Origin: Balanoglossus misakiensis | Lineage: Eukaryota > Animalia > Hemichordata | Assembly: GCA_040954595.2 (NCBI GenBank) | Contig: CM082576.2 | Span: forward strand, 18,089,028-18,153,027 | Length of the DNA: 64,000 bases | Direction of reading: 5' to 3' | In this document: positions 50,490 through 64,000 of the stretch, in pieces | Position numbering within the stretch: position 1 is the first letter of the stretch | Layout of the letters: each line of letters begins with the position of its first letter | Position numbers and translations under genes: made by a program | The notes under the pieces: generated by a model | What the model saw: only the letters and a program-made list of their open reading frames with translations | Told to the model about the DNA's origin: nothing | The model's database searches: none

Positions 50490-50810
50490 AGGGACAAAGT
50501 CTCTCTCTCTCGCTGCCCTTTCCCCATTAATATTATGTTTCATTCAAGACACTGTTTATGTTAATGTACATGTGGATATATACTGAATGAACATTCAACC
50601 ACACACACCTTCCATCCCGCTTGTAGACACGAGAGTGAAAAACCTTGCCAAAATGAACAATCGGTCTCTACCATTTATTCATTTTGGGCGAGTTTTTACT
50701 CTCATATACAAGCATGGTGGAACTTGTGTGTGGTTGAAAGTTCATTCACTACATATACACATGTACATTAACATAAATGGTGTTTTGTATCAAACACAAA
50801 AAGAAAAAGG
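50490..50810. mobile_element. TTAA-flanked MITE family (AGGGACAAA terminus, Kolobok-like); partial copies at ~2236-2348 (and in both duplicates), ~31404-31599 and 63758-64000, related terminus at 63284
   Basis: Shared terminus ttaa|agggacaaa(g/t)tctctctctcgct and shared internal sequence (gtggtcgaacgttgattcacta, cggtctcta…tcattttg). TTAA plus an RR terminus matches Kolobok rules. Confidence 0.65.
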
Positions 50811-50811
50811 G

Positions 50812-51100
50812 CAATCAATCAATCAATCAAAACAAACATTTATAAAGCGCCAGAATCAATAACAATGTTATTTCCAAAGGCGCTGAAAGTATAACATCAG
50901 TGTTCGTAGGCTTTGAGAAATAGAAATGTCTTGAGTTTTTGTTTGAGGGCAGCGAGTAAGAGACTTTTTTAGAAAGCCATAAAAAATGTGGGATATCCGA
51001 GAATAGTTCTATTATTTGTAAAAATGGAGGTTGCTCGTCACAAAAAATAACAGAACCTGCTTGACAGAAAAGTTCCATGAAAAAGACAGGGCATGTATAG
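50812..51100 (-). mobile_element. L2/CR1 LINE 3' end; short similar tails at ~5477-5525 and ~17125-17170
   Basis: (attg)n tail, a agcgcc…ggcgct stem-loop, and an RT C-terminus-like LKTFLFLKAY on the minus strand. Confidence 0.65.
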
Positions 51101-54100
51101 ATGTAATTTTTGATGCTTTGATACTATATTTTAGATTAGTTTTTCCTGTCCCAAAACACCATGCAATCTGTTGTATTATGTCTGCATATAATCAACAGTA
51201 ATTGTTATTGAAAAGAAATAAAAGTGTGAGTTAAAATATTTGGGACTAAATTGCACTGCAGATACCTTGAAATCATCCTGGGTATCAGAGTTAAAAACTC
51301 TATTGCTTCCTCATGTCTCTGCCACAATGCACCTTCTCCTGGCAGCACGAAATCTGCAATCCTTTCATAGTGGCTTTGCAGTAGTGTTGGTCGTCGCAGT
51401 ATTTCGTCCTCAGGGATTACTGTATTCTGACGTTTTGGGAGCTGCTTTCCAATTTTGCTAATTTCAGATTCTATAATTTGTGATGGATCTCTTTCTTTTG
51501 TCATCTCTTCTTCTGCACCTAGACGTATCATGGCATTACCTATGATACCACCTGGACGCTTGGAGGAAGTTGTTTTCGTCACTCTCCGTATTCGATTGAA
51601 AACTCGCTCCTGGTTTTCAGCATTTGTTGACCTCAGAGAAACCAATCTCAGTTGATCAGGTAGATGGACGGTGATATTATGGAAATACCGCCCGAACATC
51701 TTTCGTTTGGTAAGTTTCTTTGGCTTCTCAAATACCCTTTTGCACAATATTCCATGCAAAAATACAGTGTTATACAATCGCAGAATCAGTCGTAGGCATC
51801 TGTCATTGTCATGGTTATAAGCAGTTTCGCTTATATCAGCAAGCGTGTCAATAAGCTGACCATGCTCAGTATTTATGTTGTTCTCGTGAAGATACTGGGA
51901 CACCAGAAGGATAGCTTTGCGTGCATCGCATCCCCGAATTTCGTCTTTACCACCATATGTTGCCTGAATAAAGTTCTGTAACTTTACTGCTTCTTCTTTA
52001 TCCTTGGTTTGTGCTGGAATTTCTTCTAACACATTGTGGATGTGTCCCTTCAGGTCATGGAGTGGCTCTGATGGCAAAATTTCATATGCAGAGCAGTTTA
52101 TTTCAGCAAGATTATATTCTGGAGTGAGATGGAGCAGTGCTGGTACTCTCTGCATACCATGTAAAATTTCAGAGAGTTTAGATTGTAAGTCTGGCTTCTT
52201 TAATCCTTCGGTTTCTTCACCCCTAGCATCAAGCTCTCTCCTAAGGTCGGCCACTGTTAAGTTGGCAAATGGATGGGGAGTTTGCCGTGACTTTTCTCTC
52301 CATACTGGGCTGCCCTTGATTAACAAGTTACGTTTCTCATCTATTGACAGATATTTCAGATGGTAACATGCAGACAGATCATCATGTCTTCTTGACTCTA
52401 TTCCACAGATGCACTGGTAGTGACCTCCTTTCTGGTGCCAATCCTCAAACTCCTGTGCCGGTCCATCGCCATGAAAAAATCGGTGGACATCTGTGTATTC
52501 CCTGGAACCTTCGTCGGATGTTATTGGTCCTGTTGCACATTTTAGATCTTCTACTCTGGTTTCAACATATGACAGCTGATCAACGTCATTGGAGTTGGAT
52601 CGTCCCATTATATATAGATGTGGCTTCTCAACAAGCGAGTCAACGTTTACTTTTTTCCATGTTTCTCCAAGTACTCCTCATTTGTCAGATATGTTGCCGC
52701 GTCGTATATCCAGCTCACCATGAAGACAATATGGGAATGGTTGCCTACAGTACTGTGGTCATGCCATATTTTGAAGTGCCGTGAGTGATGTAGTCTTTTT
52801 AATTTACTGCGCATTTCATCGATGGTTTCTCCTTCTTTCAACTCGTGTATTCTTTGTAGCTCATCCCTTATTTCTTTTTCTTCTAGGTTTTGGTAATGAC
52901 CGTCGTCACACCCATAAACATGGCTTCTCAGAACACCAAGCTTAATTTGTCTGTCAAGCTCTCGTTTTCGGATTGTCTGTAAGTTTATTTTTCTAGCGTA
53001 GATTGTATAAGTTTCTTCTTTTAATTTGCCATCTTTTCCAATGGTCATCTTTTGGAACTCTTTTGGTGCTATTAATTCACCGATGTCGATTTCGCCACTT
53101 CTTATTTTTGTTTTCAATATTTCTTGCAGGGCTCTTGCTGGTCGGTGTTGAGGAAGTGACACCTCCCCCCAAGACCTTTCAATGTTTTACGGCGTACTCT
53201 TCTGACAAAATCTCGACCTTGAACCTTCTTATTGATATTGAACTTGTCAGTGTCGATGCCAGCTGAGGTTGCATACTCTTTCAGTATTTGGCCACCATTT
53301 GCAGCTGTTAGCCCGTACTTTCTCGCAAGGCTACTCCAGTTGACCTCCTTGCCAGCATCATAATTGGAAAGTTCATTAACAAATGAGCTTTTGTCCCATT
53401 CAACAGACTCTGTTTTTCAACATGGTCTTTTGGTGTCAGCTTGTTGAGGGATTCTAGTTGTAGACGGCGATTTACTCGCTTCTTGGCAGAATCGGTAGAC
53501 TCAAAGTCAACAGACCGTCAACATGATTCGTAGCAAGCAAATGACTGACCGGATCCTAGGATTGTTTTTAAATCTCCGTCATTTTTAGCGTGGGATTTTT
53601 CGATGCTTTGCTTGACATTAGTATAAAGTGCTCGTCTGTCTTTCTTTTTCTGTTCTTTGCTGATTTTTGTCTGTAGCTTGAACCCCGGAACTTTGAGAAG
53701 CGCTTCACTGAAAGGTGTTGAGTACACTTTATTGTATGACTCCTCTACTCGCTGATATAGCTGTCCGGCAGTTCTTACGGCAGATTTAAGAGGGACAGTC
53801 AGCTTTGTCTCATGTGGATTTTGGAGTTGTTGCATCTCTCCCATTGCATCTTTAATTACCTCAACAGTCGAGAAGGAAAGACTTTTGATATGTTTCTGAT
53901 AGTACTTGTTCAAAAGCAGAACATCAACATTGCTACTTTGGCACTCTTGACAGTCAAGTGCTGTGTGTAGGATTTGCCTTGATAAAGGCAGTTTTTGCCA
54001 ACTAGTTGCAGAAAAATGCTGGAGAAATACTGACATTTTTCCTGTTGGAATTCAACCATTGAACTGAAGCACTTAGTGTTTTCTCAAATCGTGGCAGTTT

Positions 54101-56137
54101 AAATTTAAACTGGTAACTTGCATATTTCTGCTGTTAGCCAGGATATCATGATATTTGGCATACCTTTGTCCAATGGATATGTTGTAAACAGGCATAAATC
54201 TTGATGTATTTTCAGCCTTTTCCTGAGTAGACTTTTCGGAATTAGAAAGCTCTTTTGTTGCTCTTGCAGCTATGGCCATAAAATAACCACAAAATGCCAT
54301 GATGACATTCCAACTGAACAAGTGCATACCTCCAAATAACAGCTGAAGGGATCGTCTGCTGCAATTTGAATATGGCGCCAATTTTACATGAACGAAGGAA
54401 AAGTTGAACTTTGACCTTTCAAGACGCACTATTTTGATGGGGTAAAATGAAAACCATGTACTCACCAGATTGAAGTTGAAATAAAGGTTTATTTCCCTCA
54501 TATAATGTTGTCATGGCTTGTTAAATAAATGAATGAGTGACAGTAATTACTATTTGTGGCTAAAAATCATCCCAAACTGATTGGGAATTATGTATGTTCA
54601 CGATTTTCTGAACTACTGTAGCGACACTAAAATGATCGTGAACGCGGGCGGGCGCTAATGGTAGCGTCCATGTCAGTTGCTAGGATACGCGTATACGATC
54701 AGCTGATTTTACCCACAATGCATCACGCCAACTAAGGCATTATCTAATGGCGCCCCTGGACGAGCGTCCCAGGGTAAGGATAATTTACGAGGCGGAAAAT
54801 ACGAAAAATCCACCGCTAAACAGCTTTATTTTCTGACACCTCTGGTCGTAATCGAAGGTTAACATGTTCGCCCATTTCAAGATTACGATACTGTGTTTGA
54901 AAACGAAGTTAATGATTCAGCATAACCCTATAAATGTTGGAATTTTGGCTGCCGGTCAATGGGTAGACGATAATCTACATCGTCAAAATATTATGGCAGC
55001 GAAATACACTACAGTATGGGTCCTATCAGAGAAAGTTGACGGGTCATAAGGTGAAACTAAAAAATAATAATGGGATTGTGAGCATCTAGCGGTGGATTTC
55101 TTTTAAGAATATCATTTTCGACCCCAAAAATGCCACTTTTTGTCACATGATAATAGTTTTGGAGGTTTTCTCGGAAATGTCTCATTTTATTTGCTTGTCT
55201 TGAACATGAATTACATCAACTGATCGGCTGGTGTGGTTACAATTGTTTATTATGCTCGATTAACGTATTCTGTCTGTCAATAGAGGGCGCCCTTGTGTGG
55301 GCCCACGCCTTAACGTACACGAGAATGGCGTTCCACCGGAAGTATCACCATGGTTGCCTACTTACTTCACAATTTCATTTTTATAGATCGATCGCCAAAA
55401 ATTGAGATAATCCGAATTATTTTATACGTAATCATAATTTACGCGTACAAGTGTCGTTTGTTGTTCCGAACGTATGTTCCACACGTATGCCACGTCACGT
55501 GACAAGGACGTTAGCCAATCACATGAAGCAACATCTGCATGATACTATCGAATCAGAGCGCGAGCTCAAACGGATTTGGAGAGACATCTTGACCGCGTCT
55601 CTGAAAAGCCAAAGGTCATTGTTTAAATGATAAAAAGGATTTAGCAAAGTTCACATCAAAATAGAGGAAAAATATTCACCTATCTATTATGTTGTTGATT
55701 GATTCATTCCAAGGTGTACATTAAGAACTGTCCCTCATTTGACTTAATAATCCAAATTACACAAACAATAAACGCATAAATTTTATTGTTATTAATGAAA
55801 ATACTGGTAGAGTTGATAAGCTGAATACTGGACATTTAAGCATATCTCAATTTGCAAATATAGAACTTGAAGTGAACATAGTATCAATACCCAAACAACA
55901 TGACAATCATGCACCCTTTTTTAAAACTCTAGACCAAGGTAAAATAATTGCCTGAACATTTTTCATCAGATCCCTTCTATATTTCCAAACACTTCTTGAA
56001 CACAAATCCAAAATCCAATGGTCACATAATCTAATCCAAACACACCCTTCAAATAAATCTATGTCATATAATCCAATCAAAGCACATATTTCAAATACAT
56101 TTACATCCAACAATTGCCAGGAAAATGTGGAATTGAA

Positions 56138-56464
56138 AGCCTCTAGAGCTGCCACTTTTTAGCATTAATTTCCAACTTAAATTAGTCCATCTAAATAAAC
56201 TTACTTAGGTATACATGAACACCTTATCGATGCCCGATTATGACTGCATGTTGCAATTTGAACACTTTTGTATTAAAACGGTGCCGCACCCATTTCATCA
56301 GCCTCCATACAAACAGTACGCAGCTATCGTGGTATGCGTCGCCAAAAGATGACAAACTGATGCAAATGCAAGTAATATGGCTTAAGTTGAGGATTTAGAG
56401 GATAGGGAATATATTTGAAGTATTTTATTGTTGAAAAATGTGAAATTTGGCAGCTATACAGGCT
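56138..56464. mobile_element. Kolobok-like MITE; related internal sequence at ~62940-63065
   Basis: Imperfect TIR agcct(c/g)ta(g/t)agctgcca, flanked by tgaa and ttaa. Confidence 0.5.
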
Positions 56465-59400
56465 TTAATAGACAGGCATTGAAATGACTTTACAAACAAA
56501 TTTTTCTTGAATGTTTAAGACAGACAGAATCAACCCACAGTCAGCCTAAAATATATAAACTATTACAAAATGTTAATTAAATGGAAAATTTTGAAAAAAT
56601 TTGCTTGGCCACTCATTTGATTGCATTTTTTCCATTTCATATTTTAGGCATGGTATATCAATATAATTTGTTGTGTTGTGTATATATTATGCTTGAAAAC
56701 CAATTGACGGAAATATTAATTTAGAATAATGGTTATATTTTGAGAAATCACAAAGATTTCTACATCACTCCCACATCATTGGTTGCTTAGCAACAGACAT
56801 TCACCCTCCAAGCAAATTAATATCCTTTGAGAAGTATCATGTGGAGAGGATCATGCAGTCACATAATCTTTGATTTGTACCATCCACCATTTCATTGTAG
56901 GCTTTATCATAAAGGTGTTGTTTGGATTTCTGGCAGTTTGTAAGGTGATATGAGAAATGCATTCCTTTCTGGCAAAAGACAAGAACGTGTACTGCAAATT
57001 AATAGCTGGAATCATGATGATGATGATGATGATGATAATAAATATTATTTTTTTAAAACAATATTTTGAAAATAACTGTAAAAGAGATCGCCCACCCTCT
57101 CTCTCGTATACAGGAGTGACGTCGTAAAGACACACAGCTCTGCCCAGCATAGCTATGGACTTATACGCTGTTTGGGTCAACGCTGCTCTCCGTCCCCACA
57201 GCTATGGAGCCATCCATAGGAAAATCCGTTGGGTGCGGAGCAAAATGATACGCACCGATTTTCAAACAATAAACTACATGAACATGTACATAATGTTGTC
57301 AGAAATAAAGATCGAACGAAAATTTCACAAATGGGAACCTACTTGACGTGTTTGTCGCCGAATCGTAAACGTCGTTAATGCAGCGCCGTAAAACTGGTGA
57401 CCCTCCCATACAAACATGGACGTTCGCCTTCATTTAAGTCATGTGATCAACACGTGACACGTGTTTTACTATGCCAAGCAGAGCTACATGGTGCCTGCAA
57501 TCTGCATGTGGCTAAAACGGCACATATTCTAAGTTGTGCGTTTAATGTATCAGTAGAACAATACCTTCATTTTGCAGCTGTGTTGTTTTCATGTTCGCGG
57601 AAAACTTCTTTGCCACCATCGGTTTAAAACCACTGTATCAGGTGAACCTCAATTTTTAAGAGCGATACTTCAAACATGCAGCACTGTTTACAAATCGGGG
57701 TCAAAGGTTATATAAGAATAACCATGTACAGTTGGTATTTTTCGGATGTACCTCTGGCCATGGCCTTGGTCTATACGTTGTTCTTGACAACATATATTTT
57801 TAAAGATTTTGGTTTACTGAATTACATCTATAGCTTATAGTGATGGCTGTTTACCTAATAATTATTTTAACAACGCCAACTTAGCTGGCGCTGGATCGAG
57901 GGTACAGGACTATCCTAGGTCAAGGGTCAATCGTGAATGTTTAGGTCGCGAATCAGCTGATCTTTTACAACAGCGTGTTACGCCCCTTTTTTAAATTTCT
58001 CATGAGTGGAGACGTCAGTGAAAGAACATATTTCGGATAATGGAGCATTCTTGGCAGTGTTTTCAAAGGGTTTCGCAACCTTTCTACATGGGACGCGGCG
58101 GCGCTTGGCAGAACTTTGCGAGGTGGTCGTCATCACAGGTCGCACTGTAGTTGAGAGAGAGAGCCATGACACTGACAAAGCCGGGTGAGTGATTGAGATC
58201 CTGGATCAGTTGCCGTCACTCAGATCACTAGACATTCTCTCTCATTAGGGTGTAGCTACGGTGTTGCCACGGGACCTACGACGTTTTATCGTGACGTCGG
58301 TGTTGCCCCGACCGGCCAGGGAAGTATATCAGATATGATGAGTCCGGTGATGACTTGGCTTTATGGCAGTCGCTGTGCCTGTCGATAAAGGAAAGGAACA
58401 TGAGTACGACGCGCCGCCAGTGTGATTAGCATCGCTTGGAGCAAGACTAGATGACAGACATCGCCAGGGTCGTTGGCAAGACCTTGGCGGGCAGAGATGT
58501 GTGACACAGGTCCTCCTACAGGTAAGCCAGTCTTAATTCTTTTACATGCTTTTCAGAGTCAGCTTTTTGAGATGGTGAGATCTCTGTCGTGTGGTTTCTC
58601 TGTGTGACCTTTAGCTCTGCATACAGCCGGGAACACACAGACCTGTACGCAGAGCTATGTGACCTTCTGAGTCATATAATAATGTCACATTTAGTACTAC
58701 ATTATCTCTATGGAAACACAGCTAGGGGGAGGGTGGGGGGGGGTTCTATGCTGGTTTCCCCCATCATAGACCCACCCGTGACCCCCACCACAAAAATCTG
58801 TAGTGAAACAACAGCCAAACCAGTGCACTATATCACAGTCCCTCTATTACATACTGTGACTGTATAAGCTAAAAAATAAGACATTCACTTTTTGAAATAA
58901 ACATTTCTCTGTTAATTATCTCTGAAAGCTTGATATAGGAGAACATTTCGGTTACTTCAATGTCACCATTGTTTTCACTACTATCACGTAACAAGCAATT
59001 TAAATTACCTTCGAAAAAACAGTATGCTCTATGTTTTTTTGTTAACGCTTTGAGATGTCTGGCTCAAATCTGTGTGAATGCAAGCTGTCATAACTATTGT
59101 ACAAAGTAGTGTCTCATTTTTTTTTAAAGCAACTAGCTTGATTTTTAAAATGAAAAAAACTTCTGATAGACTAGGAATAGTAGGATTTATTCACTGCTCC
59201 AGAAGTTTTCTGAATTACAATGCACTTAACGGGACATTAGCTGTAACTTTTGGCTTTAATTGATGTACATATATTTTTGTTCTGAGTATCAATGGGAATT
59301 TCTTGTTCTACTCCAAACAGCATGCTAATATACCCATTTATACTTCACTTGTCAACATAGCCCGTGAATGTGTAATGTTATCATTCACAGTTTTTTACTA

Positions 59401-61444
59401 CTGTTACGTAAATATGCAACATGTCTAAAAATATGTTTTTATAGAATATATGTATTTATTTATAGTAAAATGTTTTTGGTGACATTTAAATATTTAGTGG
59501 ATGGTATTTTATACATCAATTGTGGGTTTCAACATATTGTTGGGAGTAGCACAAGAATCTTAAGTGGCCACATAGAATTAATTTTCAACCTTCAGTAAAA
59601 CCTGTCAAAACCAAACCCTGTCTAATCTGGAAACCTGTCTATACTGAACACCTTTTCAGTACCTTCGACATAGAATCACATGTTAAAAGAACCTTTACAA
59701 ACTGGAAATGTCAGTAAACTGAACAATTTCTTCAGTGCCTTCAGTGTTCGGTTCAGACAGGTTTTACTGTATTTAATTTCTCACACTCCTGGCCGCTGGG
59801 AGTGTGGGATAGGATATCCCCGACGAGTGTGAGAAATACGATCTCAGGTCCTTGGGAGTGTGAGATTCTATTATTCTCACACTCTCACTGAATCGAAAGC
59901 TGTATATGACGCGAGCGCTGATTGGTTGACAAAGAGTTCTTTCTCTTCGCGCACTAAATGTTATCCAATGGCGCGATGTGTATTACAGGCACAGAACTAT
60001 AACGTGCCCCCAGACGACAGTTCCAGAGTCATTTATTCAATGTTTTAACGAATTTGGCTAATTTGTGACCGTGTGAGAAAAATAATCTCACACACCAAGG
60101 ACCTGGGATCGTATTTCTCACACTCGTCGGGGATATTTTGTCCCACACTCGCCTGCGGCTCGTGTGGGACAGAAAATCCCCAACTCTTGTGACAAATACG
60201 ATCCCAGGTCCCTGGGAGTGTGAGATTCTATTAATCCCAAATGTCATAGCAGCTGCCCCTTTAAAACAATTTCTTTAAAAAATGTGTTTCTAATAGATTT
60301 GGTCAGGTTGAAAAGTATGTCACATACTGTTTTCACTGAACACTGATGTGGTTGCAATTTTATTGACACAAATTGAATCACACTATGCATCACATTAGAC
60401 TTAGGGGTAAACCATTTTATATTTAGGAGAGTGCAGTTTAGTTTCTACTCTGCCTATTCTCTGATGTTTTTTCTTTACTATTTGGCAGAGGCAAAATGCA
60501 GACTAGTTATGGAAGTGTTCCTAAGTAACCATGCATCAATTATTTCTATTAATCTAAGCACAACATGTAAAATATAAATCAACCAGGTAGACTCATGTCT
60601 CCCCCTACAGTAATGGTGACAATTCCTATCATAGTACCCAACTTACTCAAGTAAACACACTTAATGTTAGCAAACAGTCCTATAGATATAGCCTGGTCCC
60701 CTGTCCCATTCCTGCTGCTGGTAGTGACAGCAGGGTTAGAAAGTGGGCAGAGAACAAGAGTATCTTACAGGCCTCTTTCATGACCCCTGTGTGACCTTAC
60801 ATCCTGGTGATTTGTTGGTTTGACATCATTCATCATTCAATGTTGAACAGCTATTCTTTTCTAACAGGCAATGTTCACCAGTTTTGTTCAAGGATGAGAA
60901 AAAATGCATTGATTCAATAGCATGGTTGGTAAACTCAAAATTGTATACTTACACACGGACAAAAAGCCAGGATGTAGAGGTCAAAAGGGGTCATAAAAGT
61001 GGCATGATATAGCACAGTTGCCAGTGGTGTAATGTTTATATGAACTGTGCAACTTCATTCATATTTCTTAGTGGCAGCAATGTTATTATAAATATAAACT
61101 GACATCTGAAATCACTTTGCGATGTCGAAATTCAGTGGGAAGAAACAAATGCCGAAAGTTACCACATTTTATACTGACACTTATTTGTTTTGTACAGTTT
61201 ACCCTATGGATCCAGCTATTATAGGAATAGGTGCAATAATTGTAGCTTTGGTGGGCTGGTTGATCGCTTATGGGCTTGATCAATCATCCCATCTAGGCTA
61301 CAATTATTGCAGATATCATAGGAAGGGCACATTGGGAACCCCCCCCCCCCCTCACACACACACACACACACACAATTTGGGCGACAACACAATATATATA
61401 TGATGCAGTCTACAAGTTGCACCCAAATATCTTTAGGTCCCATT

Positions 61445-62300
61445 TGTACATACTGGTGGTACCTTATGAGATCGGTTGCGTCTGTATGGATGTATGTCCG
61501 TTCACATCAAAAACTTGAAAACCGCTGAGCATATAACCTCGATATTTGGTGTGCAGATGCAGGCAGGGCTGTAGATGGGAGTTTGTTCAAATGAAGTTGT
61601 TGGGAAAAACGTAAATTTGGCCAAAACTCAGAAACTCAACAACCACTGGTCATATTGATTTGAAAATTGGTATGCATGTACCTTATATTAACCTCACACA
61701 GTTGTGTATGTTTTGAACTAATAGTTTGAATTTTCTATAATTTATGTATTTTTTTTGTCTTTTTCCACATTTTTGGTAAAAAATCTACTTTTCTGGAATT
61801 GATGATCTGACTTCTTTGAAATTTAGTATGGGGCTTCATATAGGTGATGTGAGTTATCAAAGTTTTGTTTAAATTTGCTGCAAAATTTGCAAATTTATAA
61901 TTTTGGTGCAAATTTTGCCTTTTTGATCAATTTTTTTTCTGTAAAACCACTTGTCAGATTGCTTTGAAATTTGGTAGGCATAGAGATGTGTGTTTGTCAA
62001 ATCAACTTGTAGAATTCAATAGTATATTTTTGGGGTGATTTTTGCCATTTTTGGTCAAAACTCTTTCTCAGAACCCTCTACCCCATTGCTTTGAAATTTG
62101 ATTTGAAGGTTCCATGGTGAGCTGTCATGATGATTTACAAAACCTATGATGAAAGTGTCAATGTTTTGTGGGGGCAATGTCTTGTATTTTGGGGGTATAT
62201 TTACCAATTTTGATAAAAAATTATATTTCTCAGAAAGTGTACACTGTATGGCTGATTTCTATAAATTTGACTTGTAAGTTAATGGGATTGGCTTCTTTAG
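61445..62300 (+). mobile_element. Helentron-associated (HINE/DINE-like) non-autonomous repeat
   Basis: A tgtatg/tgtccg microsatellite-like head, then degenerate ~120-bp tandem units (…ttgctttgaaatttggta…ttttggtcaaaa…). Confidence 0.45.
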
Positions 62301-63194
62301 AATTATTATGAAATCATATCATAGGTAATTTGGAATTTCTACTGGGCTTGCGCTTGATATTTTATTTTTTACGCGCAGTGCACGCAAAGAGCCAATTTTT
62401 TTTCGTGAAATTGTATTTGAATTACGTGCAACAAAATAGCGATAGACAAGCAGGCTTTCAGATAAACATACTTGAATGAGTTCTCCCTTCATGTCTAGAT
62501 GGCCCAACACAAAAATATCATTTAGAATGTAGCGAATAAAGTACATAAACATCATGAAAGAGACTGTGTACAGTGGTCCCCCCCCCCCCAATACGTATTA
62601 GTACAGACAAGGTATGGAATTCTTGTGTTATATCATCAAGGAAAATGACCCAGAAGCCCTACTTGCTTTGTTATATCTAATGGCTTCTGTGTGCATAAAT
62701 TATAGCCCCGACACGTGTCAAGTTTGTGGCCTAGGTTACCGCACGTACATCACTGTGCGTCCTGCTACAGCATACAAGCGCGCGTACGCGTACATGTGTA
62801 CAGGGCGCCTGACCGGCCAACCTTGACAAGGCGCCCCAGATAGCCTCGCCCGCTGTTATCTTTCAATGGATTTTTTTTGCGCGCATGTGACAAAATATTT
62901 GCCCGCACACATTGTAGTTTTGCGTTATTTAGTGTTATTTTAAATGGGTGTCACACCGATTTAATCAGCCTCCATTCAAAGAGTACACAACAGTCGTGTT
63001 ATGCATTAGCAAAAGATGATAAACTGATGCGGATACAATCAATATAGCTTAATGGTGATGATTGTAAAGCAGAAGGGTAATTGTCATTAGTATCATACAT
63101 GCAGAGCCTGTATTTGCCACTTTCTATTGTTCTCACCAAATTTAGTGTAATAACCCTCTAATTTTAAAGAACACTAATTATGGAAGCCCATTAA

Positions 63195-63279
63195 CCCTTT
63201 CACAACCAAGGTTCAGTCCAAACCCATTGTTTTCTATGAAAAGGTTTGACCTGTATAGAAGGAACTTGGGGTGAAAGGG
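63195..63279. mobile_element. 85-bp piggyBac-type MITE
   Basis: ttaa|ccctttcac…gtgaaaggg|ttaa: TTAA TSD with CCC/GGG termini. Confidence 0.8.
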
Positions 63280-63440
63280 TTAAAGGGACAAAGTCGCTCT
63301 TTTTGACTTTTGACTCACTTGCTTTTATTAGAGGTTCCTACCTTTAAATGTTTCATAAAATGTTTAATCAAATCTGTCTACAATCAGAGTAGACGTTGTT
63401 TACATATACCTTTTGTTAAATGATTGTTGTTGTATTTCAG

Positions 63441-63539
63441 ATTGTTGTCAGGAGCAGGTGAGAAATATGGTATGATTTCTGAAGGTCTGAGTACTGCATT
63501 GCAGTTATTTGACGATATGAAGAGTTTACGATATTCAAG
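63441..63539 (+). CDS. MED25: MED25-like exon (Mediator subunit 25, VWA domain)
   Basis: A 99-nt phase 2-2 exon (tgtatttcag|…caag|gtaatt) encodes [32 protein letters not shown], matching the recalled MED25 segment [29 protein letters not shown]. Other exons were not recognised in the window. Confidence 0.75.
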
Positions 63540-64000
63540 GTAATTATGGTAAAATTCTGAGTTTCAAGATCATTCTCTACATATGGCCCTGACTTTTTTT
63601 GGTGGTTTATCTGTTTTTGTAAAGCTCACCATGTCAACCAGGAAATGATTCCATACAGACAGTGGAGTACAACTGACATGTGAAGTACATTGAAACCTGC
63701 CTAGGAAGGACACCTCTGGGACCACAAAATGTGTCCTTAATAGAGAGGTGTCCTTAAAGGGACAAATTCTCTCTCTCGCTGCCCCTTTTCCATGAATTAG
63801 GTTTGTTACAGGGCACCATTTCTGTTATTCTACATGTGGATATATAGTGAATCAATGTTTCACCACACACAACTTCAACCCTGCTTGTAGCCACCAGAGT
63901 GATAAAAAACACACGCCAATAATCGGTCTCTATCATTTATTCATTTTATGCGAGTTTTTATGCTCATATCATTCAAGTGGGATGGAAATTGTGTATGGTT

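Larger units (their letters stand above)
48166..54300 (-). pseudogene. Decayed RAG1/Transib/Chapaev-like DDE transposase gene with SAP-like insertion; long exon ~54300-51266, then ~50341-50146, ~49763-49401 and ~48596-48166
   Basis: Motif order: KIWHDHS (D1), RFFHGDGPA…GHYQCIC (D2 and Cys), SAP-like FANLTVADLRRELDARGEETEGLKKPDLQSKL, EPLHDLKGH, then YFHNITVHLP…NAENQERVFNRIRR, compared with RAG1 YFHKTLAHVP…SEGNESGNKLFRR. There are several stops and frameshifts. Confidence 0.78.

Noticed and set aside
58006-58520. CpG-rich exon-like segments with donors at ~58185 and ~58520 as a coding gene
   Set aside because: The downstream segment has stops in the frames examined and neither resembles a recognisable protein; at most non-coding 5' exons.

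Overview
AT-rich, intron-containing animal genomic DNA. The repeat families suggest a marine invertebrate such as a hemichordate or echinoderm (inference). Bases 1-30.2 kb hold the 3' part of a + strand ankyrin-repeat/Roco gene (ANK(n)-ROC-COR-death domain). It has about 32 phase-0 exons of 99 or 102 nt, each encoding exactly one ankyrin repeat inside a near-identical ~250-bp intron/exon cassette. The cassettes are amplified singly, as a 5-exon block, and as three ~6.6-11.6 kb segmental copies, with chimeric, deleted and transposon-interrupted exons. The ROC N-terminus is deleted and the COR exon is frameshifted in this copy. Bases 30-64 kb are a nested transposon field: an 11-exon Kolobok-like transposase gene carrying an Academ insertion, a decayed RAG1/Transib/Chapaev-like transposase with SAP and Sld2-like motifs, a 4-bp-TSD TIR element with inverted 69-bp arrays around a BEL/Pao 5' fragment, Gypsy, L2, Crypton-like and Helentron-like remnants, and MITEs. 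One MED25-like exon lies near the right end. All calls come from reading the sequence by eye; no searches were run.
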